In this document: positions 7,258 through 17,201 of the stretch, piece by piece
How positions within the stretch are numbered: the first letter of the stretch is position 1
How the letters are laid out: each line of letters starts with the position of its first letter
Source of the DNA: a virus
Taxonomy: Duplodnaviria; Caudoviricetes
Virus record (IMG/VR): IMGVR_UViG_3300033463_000038
Location: 32,001-96,000 of that record
Length of the DNA stretch: 64,000 nucleotides
Strand: one strand, 5' to 3'
Program-made: the position numbers and the translations under genes
The notes under the pieces: generated by a model
The model's input: the letters and a program-made list of their open reading frames with translations, nothing else
Database searches by the model: none
Told to the model about the DNA's origin: nothing

Positions 7258-9954
7258 ATGAGCATAGATTATACGAAAGTCACGCACGAATCAATGCTTA
7301 CGGACTGGAACAACCGTGTTCTAGCAGACGAGAAGTACAAGAACTTGAGCAAAGCGAGCATCTATTCCTATATGCAGGAATTCATCGCTGGCGTGTTCGA
7401 CATGACTAACTACTATATTCAACGTACAGCAGAGGAGAACTATCTCGACACTGCTAAACTCGACTCGAGCAGCATAAAGCTCTCTCACAATCTTGGATAT
7501 CAGCCGAAGAGAGCAATTCCAGCGACTGGAAACGTTACGTTAGAACTGAGAGGTCCTCTTCCTGCTAATCTGAAGGCAGACGACGTGATCTGGCTCAACA
7601 ACGAAAGTCTCTCTTTCTCGTTCAACAATCACGACTTCATGCTTGACGCTTGCTACTCGTACAGGCTCACTGCAGAAGATATCGCTCAGGGCACGAGCAG
7701 CTCATGGAGCAAGAGAATCACGTACGCAGTGAACGGATACGAATCACAGAGAGACGGCTATATCGCTCTAGACGGAAAGAAGACCGTATCTTATGGAACT
7801 AAGCTTCATCCGATCCGTGTTCTCCAGGGCAAGAAAGTAACAAAGATAATCGATCCGGTGACCAATTCGAGCCAGGTTGGAATGGCTTATCAAGAGTATG
7901 ATATCGACGATCTGAGTTTCTCTAACTGGTACGGAAAGAGAGATCCGTTCGCTTATGTGAACGGACAGTATGACAAGAAATACGGCCTCTGCAAGATAGG
8001 CATCGGAAAGAACATCGAGTCTGCGTTCAGTGAAGAGAATCTCTACGAGATCGAAGACGAAGCAGTCGAATTGAACAGCACTGGAGCTTGGAACGTCGTA
8101 TGTCTCAAGTCCAACTGGGACAAGACTGTCCGTCTGTACTTCGGAAACGGCGTAAGCAGCTCATCTGGACTGGTAAGCATAGATGACCAGATATATGTGC
8201 AATATGTTGTTACTGACGGCTCTGACGCTAACTATCCCGATGCTCTCGAATCTGAGCTTCAGATGTCTGGAAGAGTTTACGCATCTTCTCCCGGAAAGAC
8301 GTACGAAGTCACTAGCAACGTCAGATTCATATTCACTGGACCGGTTCATGGCGGAACTGATTTCGAATCACGCGAAAGCATGAACAGAAACGCTAAGCTC
8401 TATTACGCATCGTCCGGAAAGCTCATCACGCTTCCTGACTACATGTCGTATCTTCTCACGATCACGGATCCGATCACAGTCAAGCACGCTATCGCATTTG
8501 GCGAGAATCAGCTCGAAGAGGCAGGAATCGAACACAGCTCTGCACTGTCGAATCTCGTCATATACAACGTCTTCTCAGACATCTACAGAGAATCAGATGG
8601 AAGATATCGTCCTTTGAACGTATTTGACGAAGATGAAGATGTCACTGGAGCTTCTCTATATTACGACTACGAGACGTACATGGCTCATCTTCTCGACATG
8701 ACAGAGTTTATGCTAGCTCCGAAGAAGTCAGTCGAAGCCCAGTATGGAGATCACACTACGTTCGGTCGATGGTGCGCTCAGATCCGTTCTGACGCTTCGG
8801 ACCGCATGATGATGAACAGCAAGCTCATCTCTATGCCTCCTCTATTCCACTATTATGACGTAGTAGGAGAGGTTCAGGTAGATAGACATGTCGACATGGC
8901 TGAATATCAGGCTGAACTAGAGAACAGCATCTATCGTTGGCTGTCTGTGAATACAACGTTCAAGACGCCCATCTTCAAGTCCGATATCGTCAACAAGATC
9001 CTCGAAAATCCTTCTTCAAAGCGTGTCAACATCGACATCAAGGTCTCAGAATGGATCAAGGGTGAAGAACACACGTATCGCTTCGAGCCAGGAACTGTCA
9101 GTAAGAGCATCAATATTCTAACTCTTCCAGCGAACGACATGAACGGAAACGACATGAGACCGATTCTGCAAGAGATGGTCGGCAAAGACGTCCTTCTCAC
9201 GATTCACGATGACGGAGAAGGAAGTGCAGAGAGATTCAGAATCGAAGATGTCAGTTTTGATGCTGATCACGTGTACTGCACGCTGAATGTAGAACCCGGA
9301 GACGTGAGCGATTCGTACGTCGATCTTACGTTCGACTCTACTTCGCTGTACAGCAAGGGAAATCTCACTGGAATCGACTACGACTTCATGATAGCGGTTC
9401 AGAGATGGATCAACAGCCGAACTACAGTGATAGGAACAAACGACAGACCGATTCCGCTCCCATATACAGTCGACTTCGGCATCGGAGATCTTCCAGAGAA
9501 TCTCAGAGGATTCGCAGAAGAGCTGAGCTGCGATGAAGCTCTGCTGGAAATGCTCCAAAACGGTCATATAGCGTCCATTTCAGGCACTACTAGGCAGTCG
9601 CTAATATTAGTCCTAAAGAACTCCATAAACATGCTAAAACTGCTCTTAAAGGGCAAGTTGGAATACTACCAGAAGGATATCGTCAGAAACGAGACGATGG
9701 AGAGAATGGGAGCTAACAACGTAGACCTCTCGTTGAATCTCAGTGAAGAAGCATTTAACTACTTCCTCGCCGACGCAGTAAAGGCTGGAACTGTCACATG
9801 GGACACAGTAAAGGCAGATTTCCCGTACATCTATCCTGCACTGAAGGTCGTATTCGACGACAACATCCTAGACGACAACAACAACATCGTCAACTTCAGC
9901 TCGGATCGAGACATTCCAGTCGTACGCCTTAGATTGAGATACAAATACGCTTAA
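7258..9954 (+). CDS. baseplate wedge protein, T4 gp6-like
   Basis: ENYLDTAK..S....HNLGYQP, LYFGNG, YVVTDG, GGTDFES, LIT..DY motifs of gp6/baseplate J family. Confidence 0.88.
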   Translation: MSIDYTKVTHESMLTDWNNRVLADEKYKNLSKASIYSYMQEFIAGVFDMTNYYIQRTAEENYLDTAKLDSSSIKLSHNLGYQPKRAIPATGNVTLELRGPLPANLKADDVIWLNNESLSFSFNNHDFMLDACYSYRLTAEDIAQGTSSSWSKRITYAVNGYESQRDGYIALDGKKTVSYGTKLHPIRVLQGKKVTKIIDPVTNSSQVGMAYQEYDIDDLSFSNWYGKRDPFAYVNGQYDKKYGLCKIGIGKNIESAFSEENLYEIEDEAVELNSTGAWNVVCLKSNWDKTVRLYFGNGVSSSSGLVSIDDQIYVQYVVTDGSDANYPDALESELQMSGRVYASSPGKTYEVTSNVRFIFTGPVHGGTDFESRESMNRNAKLYYASSGKLITLPDYMSYLLTITDPITVKHAIAFGENQLEEAGIEHSSALSNLVIYNVFSDIYRESDGRYRPLNVFDEDEDVTGASLYYDYETYMAHLLDMTEFMLAPKKSVEAQYGDHTTFGRWCAQIRSDASDRMMMNSKLISMPPLFHYYDVVGEVQVDRHVDMAEYQAELENSIYRWLSVNTTFKTPIFKSDIVNKILENPSSKRVNIDIKVSEWIKGEEHTYRFEPGTVSKSINILTLPANDMNGNDMRPILQEMVGKDVLLTIHDDGEGSAERFRIEDVSFDADHVYCTLNVEPGDVSDSYVDLTFDSTSLYSKGNLTGIDYDFMIAVQRWINSRTTVIGTNDRPIPLPYTVDFGIGDLPENLRGFAEELSCDEALLEMLQNGHIASISGTTRQSLILVLKNSINMLKLLLKGKLEYYQKDIVRNETMERMGANNVDLSLNLSEEAFNYFLADAVKAGTVTWDTVKADFPYIYPALKVVFDDNILDDNNNIVNFSSDRDIPVVRLRLRYKYA

Positions 9955-9966
9955 GGAACCTGAGAA

Positions 9967-10884
9967 ATGGCAGCGATAACGTATCAAAGACAGAAGAACA
10001 ACAAAGAGGTTACAGTAACCCGTTCTGCGACGAGAGATTCTCAGACATTGACCGAGACCGCAGTTCTGAAGCCGTACATGTATGACGTCACTACGATAAC
10101 GATCAGTGGAGACGAGAGCGTAACTCTAGAGAAACTCCATCTTGGGCTAAGCGAGGTCTTAGGAGACGAGAGAAAGTCGATCGACTTCAACATGATGACG
10201 AGATTTTCTGAAAATAGCGAAGATGAGTGGGACGAGAGAGTCTTCTACGGAAGATTAGTGCCCAACGAAGTTGTCGGCGGAAGCGACTTGACGATCTACA
10301 TACCTCATAAGTGCTATAGCGATGGAGTCGAGAGTGGCTATCTCGATTCTGTCGTCAGAATCTCGTTAGATCACGATGGAGAAGACATATCAGTAGCATA
10401 TCGAACGAATATTCCGCCTTGCGTCATAAACGGAGTTCCAAAGAAGAGAAACCCAGACGATGAAGATCCTGTGCTTCCAGCTGCAGCTGATCGAGTGGAC
10501 TTTGGAAAGGGCATTATTCCAAGCTATTACGATAACAGCAGAGGCTATCAAGCGGACTATCTGTTCACAAACTCGATTGCAGTGTACCAGATCGAAGCGA
10601 GCGGATTCATCCCAGAACAGATCAGTGGAGAGTACGGATTCACGTCAGTGAGCGCTTTCATGAGAAACCCAAACACGGACATGAAGGCATCTCTTCATAT
10701 CGTAAGCTCAGCTTCTGGGCAAAGTTCGATGGACGTGATGGAAATTGACGGGATATCTGCTCCGTTCACTGCCGATTTCGACGTTCACAGATGGACATAC
10801 AATCTGATTTCTGACGCTTATTCTGCGAGTTCTGGAGTAATATACTCCGATGCAGAGATTTCAGCAACGTTTGAAGAGATATAA
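9967..10884 (+). CDS. hypothetical virion/baseplate protein
   Basis: 305-aa ORF between gp6 and tail tube. Confidence 0.7.
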   Translation: MAAITYQRQKNNKEVTVTRSATRDSQTLTETAVLKPYMYDVTTITISGDESVTLEKLHLGLSEVLGDERKSIDFNMMTRFSENSEDEWDERVFYGRLVPNEVVGGSDLTIYIPHKCYSDGVESGYLDSVVRISLDHDGEDISVAYRTNIPPCVINGVPKKRNPDDEDPVLPAAADRVDFGKGIIPSYYDNSRGYQADYLFTNSIAVYQIEASGFIPEQISGEYGFTSVSAFMRNPNTDMKASLHIVSSASGQSSMDVMEIDGISAPFTADFDVHRWTYNLISDAYSASSGVIYSDAEISATFEEI

Positions 10885-10887
10885 ATA
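10880..10887 (+). promoter_or_regulatory. late promoter
   Basis: TATAAATA upstream of tail tube gene. Confidence 0.75.
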
Positions 10888-10918
10888 ACTAGTAAAAGAG
10901 TAAATTTAGGAGAATTTC

Positions 10919-11548
10919 ATGGCTGTAGAGAACGATATGAACGTATTCACGAGCGAGATCGACAACTTTCGTGACCTCGCTAAAGACTATCTATGGCAAG
11001 CAGTGATCATCCCAGAAGAGGGCACTCCGCTCGCAGAGCTGTTCAAGGCTCTCGGTGGAACTCGTCAGTTCACGTTGAGATGTCGTGCAGCAGCTCTTCC
11101 ACAGAGATCTGTCGAAAGTAAGCTAGAGACTCACTGGCAAGGATCCAAGAAGGTCTTCCCGGGTCGTACAAAGATGGACGGTTCAATTCCTCTGAAGTTC
11201 GACGAATTCCAGGACTGGACGACCTCTCACATGTTCCAAGCATGGATGAACCTGATTCACAACTGCGATATCGGCCAAGACGGCGGAGACTCTGCTGTGT
11301 ACTTCGACCAGAAGACTGGCGCTTCTGTGTCCAACTTCATGAAGGACTACAGCGCTAAGATTCGTCTCACATGCTTCGACTCGAGACTAGCAAAGGGTGC
11401 ACCTCATGACTACGTGTTGTACTACTGCTGGCCTGAAGATCTGGCACAGGTTACGCTAGATCAAGAAGGAAGTGGAAAGATCTCACGTGAAGTTACGATC
11501 TGCTACTCTACGTTCCAGGAAGTAAATCCTGAGCAGTACGACGTCTAA
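10919..11548 (+). CDS. tail tube protein, T4 gp19-like
   Basis: CRAAALP, WQG...FPGR, FQAWMN, CWP..L.QV.LD motifs. Confidence 0.8.
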   Translation: MAVENDMNVFTSEIDNFRDLAKDYLWQAVIIPEEGTPLAELFKALGGTRQFTLRCRAAALPQRSVESKLETHWQGSKKVFPGRTKMDGSIPLKFDEFQDWTTSHMFQAWMNLIHNCDIGQDGGDSAVYFDQKTGASVSNFMKDYSAKIRLTCFDSRLAKGAPHDYVLYYCWPEDLAQVTLDQEGSGKISREVTICYSTFQEVNPEQYDV

Positions 11549-11566
11549 TCAGATTAGAGGGATTCG

Positions 11567-12376
11567 ATGGCAGACACTAGCAATCCGAGAGTAAATCAGT
11601 GGTGCGGTCATCGTGACCAGTACTACGACATCGGCTGGATCGACAATATAGCCGCTCTGAAGGCTTATGTCCTTCGTCAATTGGGAGCTCCTCGTATCTG
11701 CGTAGAGCTATCAGACGAGCAGCTTACAGACTTGATCGGTGACTGCATCAGATATTTCTGGAAATACTACAGCCAAGGACATCGTGAAGACTATCTAGCG
11801 TTTCAGCTCGTTCCGGGTATGACCCACTACAAGATCTGCCAAGAGCTGGAAGAAGTCGTCGATCTGAATCTGCCGAACTATCTTGGACTGACAGACAATC
11901 TGCTGTCTCCAGTCACTAACGCTCTGATTTCACAATTCCCTTGGGGAGGCATGACTTTCCCTGGGCAGTGCTGGGGAGGTTCTGACTACGGAGACGTTCT
12001 GGGCAACTGGAACGCAACTCTGACTTGGTTGGAAGAAGCGAAAATGGACTTCGGTCGCAAGTATCAGGTCAAGTACATCAGAGAAGAGAAAGCTCTGTCA
12101 GTATGGCCCACTCCTAAGAATCCAGACCGTTGCTTATTGAGAGTCTATAAGCGCGAGCACTTCATGAATCTGATTCAGGATCCGCTCTTCCGCAAGTATC
12201 TTGTAGCAAAGGCTGGATGGCTGTGGACTCTCGCTTTGAGAAAATTTTCACTCCAGCTCGCGGGAGGAGGTCAGTTGAACGGAGATTCTCTAGCAGCAGA
12301 CTTCAAGCAAGACATAAAGGACATCGAGGAGCGTATCGATCTAGAGACTCCATATAACGAAATATTGGTTGGGTAA
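11567..12376 (+). CDS. neck protein, T4 gp13-like
   Basis: LKAYVLRQLGAPRICVELSDEQL; C-terminal KF...LAGGGQLNG. Confidence 0.9.
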   Translation: MADTSNPRVNQWCGHRDQYYDIGWIDNIAALKAYVLRQLGAPRICVELSDEQLTDLIGDCIRYFWKYYSQGHREDYLAFQLVPGMTHYKICQELEEVVDLNLPNYLGLTDNLLSPVTNALISQFPWGGMTFPGQCWGGSDYGDVLGNWNATLTWLEEAKMDFGRKYQVKYIREEKALSVWPTPKNPDRCLLRVYKREHFMNLIQDPLFRKYLVAKAGWLWTLALRKFSLQLAGGGQLNGDSLAADFKQDIKDIEERIDLETPYNEILVG

Positions 12377-12380
12377 GAAT

Positions 12381-12668
12381 ATGGGATATAAAAGACACAA
12401 GTGCATATACATCGGAGGAAACGACCAACCGATTCCAGATTCAGCGTTCAACGTATCGTCTTGGCTTGATGGCATCTACACACGCTTCGATCCGACTCTA
12501 TGTCCTGACGGATGGCCGGACATCCAGCCGTACAATCCTGAACCGGGACCAGTTCCTCCAGAACCGTCTGCTACGAGCGGTGAATTGATATACTCAGAGA
12601 ACGGCAGCGTAGACACTTACGTAGACGGTCACGGCAATACTCTGATATACAACGAAAACGAAGGCTAG
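12381..12668 (+). CDS. hypothetical Pro-rich virion protein
   Basis: ORF following gp13; ATG at 12381. Confidence 0.65.
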   Translation: MGYKRHKCIYIGGNDQPIPDSAFNVSSWLDGIYTRFDPTLCPDGWPDIQPYNPEPGPVPPEPSATSGELIYSENGSVDTYVDGHGNTLIYNENEG

Positions 12669-12674
12669 AGAAAG

Positions 12675-12682
12675 TATAAATA
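12675..12682 (+). promoter_or_regulatory. late promoter
   Basis: TATAAATA. Confidence 0.75.
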
Positions 12683-12704
12683 ATTTGTAAACTGGAGTTT
12701 ATCT

Positions 12705-13055
12705 ATGGCTAAGCAGAAACAGTTTCATCAGCTCGAGAACGAAGCAGAAAACTTCGCAGACGACGACGTCATCGCAATCGATGGCGCTACAAACAATACG
12801 AGAAAGATGAGCGCTGCTAAACTAGCCGAGATCATGGCTCAGAACGCGATCGCTGGAAATCTTGCACCAGGATTCGTAAAAGAGAAGAGCTATGAAGCTG
12901 GAGTAGTAGTCGCTTTCGAAGGAAAGACTTACAGATTCAAGAATCCGCATCAAGGAGAATGGGATCCGAACGACGTTGAGCCTTTCACGTTCGAGAAAGA
13001 AGCAGCTACTGAGGTTATTCCGAACGACACGATCGACGATCTCTTCGACGACTAA
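12705..13055 (+). CDS. small fibre-associated protein with CBM5/12-like module
   Basis: Y..G.VV.FEGKTY....H.GEW pattern; C-terminal IDDLF resembles IDNLF of next gene. Confidence 0.55.
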   Translation: MAKQKQFHQLENEAENFADDDVIAIDGATNNTRKMSAAKLAEIMAQNAIAGNLAPGFVKEKSYEAGVVVAFEGKTYRFKNPHQGEWDPNDVEPFTFEKEAATEVIPNDTIDDLFDD

Positions 13056-13155
13056 AGAATTTTAACTTTATTGATTTCTCCAACTTGAGCTTATAGATTA
13101 GCTCGATTTCTTGCAAGAAAAAAAGGTTGATTAACCAAAATATGAGAAACAAATC

Positions 13156-14706
13156 ATGGCACAATATCTTGACCAAGCGGGTCTACAAGAACTCGTAACC
13201 AAGACTAAAGAATATGCTCGTAAGAGCGCTAAGGATGCCGTAAACACTTCGGCTGCCGCTGCAAGCAAAACCATCATTGGATGGGACGCTACTACTAGCG
13301 CTGCTACTTATGGCAACATCTCTATCACGTCCGGCCAAGTCACCGACTTGGCTAACGCTATGGATCTCAAGGCAGATCTCGTTAGCCCGACATTCACTGG
13401 CGTTCCGACTGCTCCGACTGCTGCTCCTGGAACAAATACGACTCAGATCGCTACTACCGAATATGTCGTAACTGCAATCGGCAACATCGGCGAAGCTATG
13501 CACTACATTGGTGCTGTAAATAGCGAATCCGATCTTAGAACTTCAGGCGAAGCTGGAGATACTTACAAGGTAGCTACTGCTGGCACTTATCTCGGTTACA
13601 AGTGTGAAGTTGGCGATATGATCATCGCTAATAAAGACTACACTTCCGCTCTGACTAGCGCAGACATTGATGTGATCCAGACCAACATTGATGGCGCTGT
13701 CACTGGGCCGGAAACGGCCGTTTCCGGCAACATCGCCATCTTCAACGGTGCAACTGGCAAGGTCATCATGGATGCTGGTTATGGACTTGATCACTTCAAG
13801 GTCGTTCAGCAGACCTCTGCATACAGTGGTGGACCTCTGAAGACAGTCGATGGGATCTCTCAGAATACTAACGGTGAAATCTCCGTAACGTTCCAGGACA
13901 TTCAGTCTGCAACTGCTGGTCAGAAGGGCGTCGTCCAGCTCGCTACTTCTATCGGAACTCCAGAGACAGAGAACAATAAGGCTGCTACCGAAAAGGCTGT
14001 CCGTGACGCTATCAACGCTTTGGACGTGAACAACATCGATGGCTTCGGCGTTGATAAGACCCTTGCTACTTTGACTGAAACCGATGGCAAGATTGCTGCT
14101 ACCTTCCAGCCTATCCAGATCGCAGAATCTCAGGTTACTAACTTGACAATCGATCTTGCTAATATTGCAACAAGCGCTGATACTCTCAATACAAAGATAG
14201 ACGAAGTATCTGGCGCTGTCGCAACTAGCGCAGCTGCACTTGATGCAAAGATCGGTAATCTTATCGATGGTCTTGACTTTGGCCCTTATGACATCCCGAC
14301 TTCTGGAACGATTACGGCCATCTCCGAAACCAATGGTAAGATTTCAGTCACATCTGGCGCTATCAAGATCACTCACGATCAGGTCGAGGACTGGGCTACT
14401 GTTCTCGGTGGCTACAAGACCGTTCAGACTTCTGTGTCTGATCCGTCTGCTGATGGTACTGGACTCACGTTCATCGACAGCATCTCCCAGGATGTTAACG
14501 GCGTAATCACTCCGCACAAGAGGACCGTCCAGAGCGCTTCTAGCTCTCAGGACGGTCTCATGACTTCTGCTGACTTCAGCAAGTTGGCTGGAATCAGCTC
14601 TGGTGCTAAGAATGTCGCCGTGAACGCTGACGGCGTTCTGACTATCGATGGCACTAGCGCAATGGGTCCGATTTCTAAAACGGAAATCGACAATCTGTTC
14701 GCATAA
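13156..14706 (+). CDS. fibre protein (tail/collar fibre)
   Basis: Fibre repeat KADLVSPTFTGVPTAPTAAPGTNTTQIATTEYV, SAT..QKGVVQL, DGLMTSADF.KL. Confidence 0.8.
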   Translation: MAQYLDQAGLQELVTKTKEYARKSAKDAVNTSAAAASKTIIGWDATTSAATYGNISITSGQVTDLANAMDLKADLVSPTFTGVPTAPTAAPGTNTTQIATTEYVVTAIGNIGEAMHYIGAVNSESDLRTSGEAGDTYKVATAGTYLGYKCEVGDMIIANKDYTSALTSADIDVIQTNIDGAVTGPETAVSGNIAIFNGATGKVIMDAGYGLDHFKVVQQTSAYSGGPLKTVDGISQNTNGEISVTFQDIQSATAGQKGVVQLATSIGTPETENNKAATEKAVRDAINALDVNNIDGFGVDKTLATLTETDGKIAATFQPIQIAESQVTNLTIDLANIATSADTLNTKIDEVSGAVATSAAALDAKIGNLIDGLDFGPYDIPTSGTITAISETNGKISVTSGAIKITHDQVEDWATVLGGYKTVQTSVSDPSADGTGLTFIDSISQDVNGVITPHKRTVQSASSSQDGLMTSADFSKLAGISSGAKNVAVNADGVLTIDGTSAMGPISKTEIDNLFA

Positions 14707-14730
14707 TCGATAGGATAAAAAGATAAATAG

Positions 14731-14760
14731 AAGCTGTGGATCACAAGTCCACAGCTTTTT
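14731..14760. terminator. intrinsic terminator
   Basis: AAGCTGTGGA / TCCACAGCTT stem plus T-tract. Confidence 0.8.
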
Positions 14761-15046
14761 ATTTGCACTGTTGTTCAAGCATACGATCAAGCATATATGG
14801 AGCGACTCGATTGAGCTCTATCCTCTTCTCTTTATCGTACAATGGTCTACCGCTAACTCTTCGAGAAACGTGACGGTACTCGATCACGTATCGGTCGATG
14901 AGCATATCTCGCTGAAATGTGTCGCTATCGCCATACCAGACAGAGATGTGCTCAGTCATTCCAGTCATATCGTTCTCGATACGATATCGCTCCGGATTCT
15001 TCTCGAATCGCTGACAGATTAGAGTTTTCACCTGTTCGTACGTCAT
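14759..15046 (-). CDS. hypothetical early protein
   Basis: ORF with early promoter variant TTTACG-N17-TATATT at 15054-15082. Confidence 0.7.
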   Translation of the reverse strand: MTYEQVKTLICQRFEKNPERYRIENDMTGMTEHISVWYGDSDTFQRDMLIDRYVIEYRHVSRRVSGRPLYDKEKRIELNRVAPYMLDRMLEQQCK

Positions 15047-15139
15047 CAATTTGAATATAAGAAATTCTCAAGAAATCGTAAACCCTAATAAATAATCTGT
15101 AATAGAGTATCTTTCTATAGAATATCTTTGGAGTTTCAA

Positions 15140-16942
15140 ATGTCTATCAAGTATCCCGAAGAAGTACCAGGAACTGGAATCGAGCTGTATAGCGCAGCTC
15201 TCTGGAACCGAACGACTGTCGCTGACGGTAAATGGTTGCAGAACAACACTTTGAAGCCGTTGTACGACAACGAGCTAGTCTTGGCTTCAGCAATTCACAG
15301 CACGAGCGCTTCTCTTCAGGGAGAGGTTGACGATCTCAAGGCTGCTACTGACGTGATCGACGTAGTAGCTACATACAGCAGTCTTCAATCTTGGAGTCAT
15401 TCTGTCACTAGCGCAGACGTCATCAAGGTGCTGCACTGTGAGCCAGTAACTGCTGGTGGAGATACGTACAGCGGTCAGGTATATTTCAGATACGAAGGTC
15501 AAGATGCTCAGACAGCAGATCCATCTAAGTGGGTTCCGTTCGCATCGCTCGATCCATATTACAGCGAATCTCAGATCAACGAGATGTTCAACAATTTGAA
15601 TCCGGTTGCTTTCACCGGGTCATATAACGACTTGAGCGACAAGCCGACTATTCCGACCGTCAATGATGGAAAATTGACAATATCCAGAAACGGCACGGCT
15701 CTCGGCTCGTTCACCGCGAACCAATCTAGCCTTTTAGGCATTGACATTTCCGTACCAACCAAGACAAGCGACCTCGTAAACGATTCTTTATTGATTAACG
15801 ATGGAACGCTGACTATAAAGCAGAACGGGGTGAGTAAAGGTACTTTCTCCGCGAACCAATTAGGAAACGCCACGATAGACCTTGATGACACCACGACTGT
15901 TTCTAGCGTTGAAAAAACGGCTCTCGGAGAGATGAACACGTTGCCGGTGGCAAGTATGGTTTCTTCCGCTTTCAAGGCTGGTACTTTCTTATTGAAGGCA
16001 ACGGCAGACGGCGGCGAACCTTATGTATTCAACGACGTGACAATACCGAACAATCAATGGTACAGGTTCACTGTCAACGGCGAATCTTCGAACTATTGCG
16101 AGATTACGCTTGAAATCGTCGCGGGTAGTGCATCCTCCGCTTTCGGGACTTTCAAGCTGCTCGTGGATAACGGCAGCGTGAAGAATGTCGTGCGTGTTCC
16201 GTACGCCACGAAGACGGCGGCTGTCGGCTCCGTAACAACGCCTGTATATGTTGACGGAAACGGAGAAATCAAGGAATGCACAAGCGTGGCGCAAAAGGCA
16301 TCTTCCGGAAGCGGAAACCTTGCGGTTATTGACGGCAACGGGAATTATTCATCTAGCGGTATTAGTGCGTATGACCAAACTATGCTTAACGGACTCACGA
16401 GCAGACTTGGCTCGTTTGTAAGCGCGATAAACAGCTTTTCCCATTCCTTCAATGTCATATTCAATAGTTCGGATATTTCAAAAACCTTGGATTTTGAAAA
16501 TACCTATGCAAGCATAAAGTTCTTGAGATTTGGCATTTCTTACATCAGCGGAAAAATATCGTACAGATTGCCGTGGAGTGGCGCAAGTGCAGATTATAAC
16601 GGATGGATTATAGCACCGGACACGCAAACAAAAAATGGCAAATCAATCGTACATACCACACATACTTTCACCGTGGCAGGGAATACAAATACAGAAGAAC
16701 TTTATGAAGAAAACGAATTAGGGACAACGGGTCAAAGCGTAGCGTCAATTTTCGAAAAACAGATTACAACGTCGCAGACTGTGCGCGGTAGGCTATCTTC
16801 GGAAATACGACTTTATAACGGCATAAGCTACAAGGAGTTAATCGTCCATGTAGATATTGGATATGAAAGACTATCCTCAACTGGAGCATTTTATGCTTTT
16901 GGTACGGTAACTTGCAATACAGACTTGTTTGAAAACGACTAG
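15140..16942 (+). CDS. tail fibre / receptor-binding protein (chimeric)
   Basis: VAFTGSYNDLSDKPTIPTVNDG.LTI repeats, VPTKTSDL.ND, VGS.TTPVYV; compositional shift near 15.6 kb. Confidence 0.78.
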   Translation: MSIKYPEEVPGTGIELYSAALWNRTTVADGKWLQNNTLKPLYDNELVLASAIHSTSASLQGEVDDLKAATDVIDVVATYSSLQSWSHSVTSADVIKVLHCEPVTAGGDTYSGQVYFRYEGQDAQTADPSKWVPFASLDPYYSESQINEMFNNLNPVAFTGSYNDLSDKPTIPTVNDGKLTISRNGTALGSFTANQSSLLGIDISVPTKTSDLVNDSLLINDGTLTIKQNGVSKGTFSANQLGNATIDLDDTTTVSSVEKTALGEMNTLPVASMVSSAFKAGTFLLKATADGGEPYVFNDVTIPNNQWYRFTVNGESSNYCEITLEIVAGSASSAFGTFKLLVDNGSVKNVVRVPYATKTAAVGSVTTPVYVDGNGEIKECTSVAQKASSGSGNLAVIDGNGNYSSSGISAYDQTMLNGLTSRLGSFVSAINSFSHSFNVIFNSSDISKTLDFENTYASIKFLRFGISYISGKISYRLPWSGASADYNGWIIAPDTQTKNGKSIVHTTHTFTVAGNTNTEELYEENELGTTGQSVASIFEKQITTSQTVRGRLSSEIRLYNGISYKELIVHVDIGYERLSSTGAFYAFGTVTCNTDLFEND

Positions 16943-16949
16943 GTGAACA

Positions 16950-17201
16950 ATGAAGGACTTTTTCAAACTACTCGCTCCCTACATCGCCACCATCGGCTCC
17001 GCCATCGCACTTTACGCCAACTTCCAGACGATGGTCGGCGTGCTGGAGTACCGCACGAACGCGATGGAAGAACGCACGAAGGGCGTGGTGGAAGACATCG
17101 GAAGCATCAAAATCCTGATGCATACATCATATATGCGGGGATGGAAGCTTACGGATTCCACAATGCTTAAGCGTACATCCTTGCGCAATCATGAAGATTG
17201 A
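16950..17201 (+). CDS. small membrane/coiled-coil protein, possibly 3'-truncated
   Basis: N-terminal hydrophobic helix then coiled coil; 3' end overlaps convergent gene. Confidence 0.5.
   Translation: MKDFFKLLAPYIATIGSAIALYANFQTMVGVLEYRTNAMEERTKGVVEDIGSIKILMHTSYMRGWKLTDSTMLKRTSLRNHED

Noticed and set aside
13071-13155. tRNA gene
   Set aside because: No T-loop GTTC or D-loop consensus, no acceptor/CCA.
15140-16942. Diversity-generating retroelement target or invertible fibre cassette
   Set aside because: No reverse transcriptase, template/variable repeat pair, invertase or flanking inverted sites in the window.
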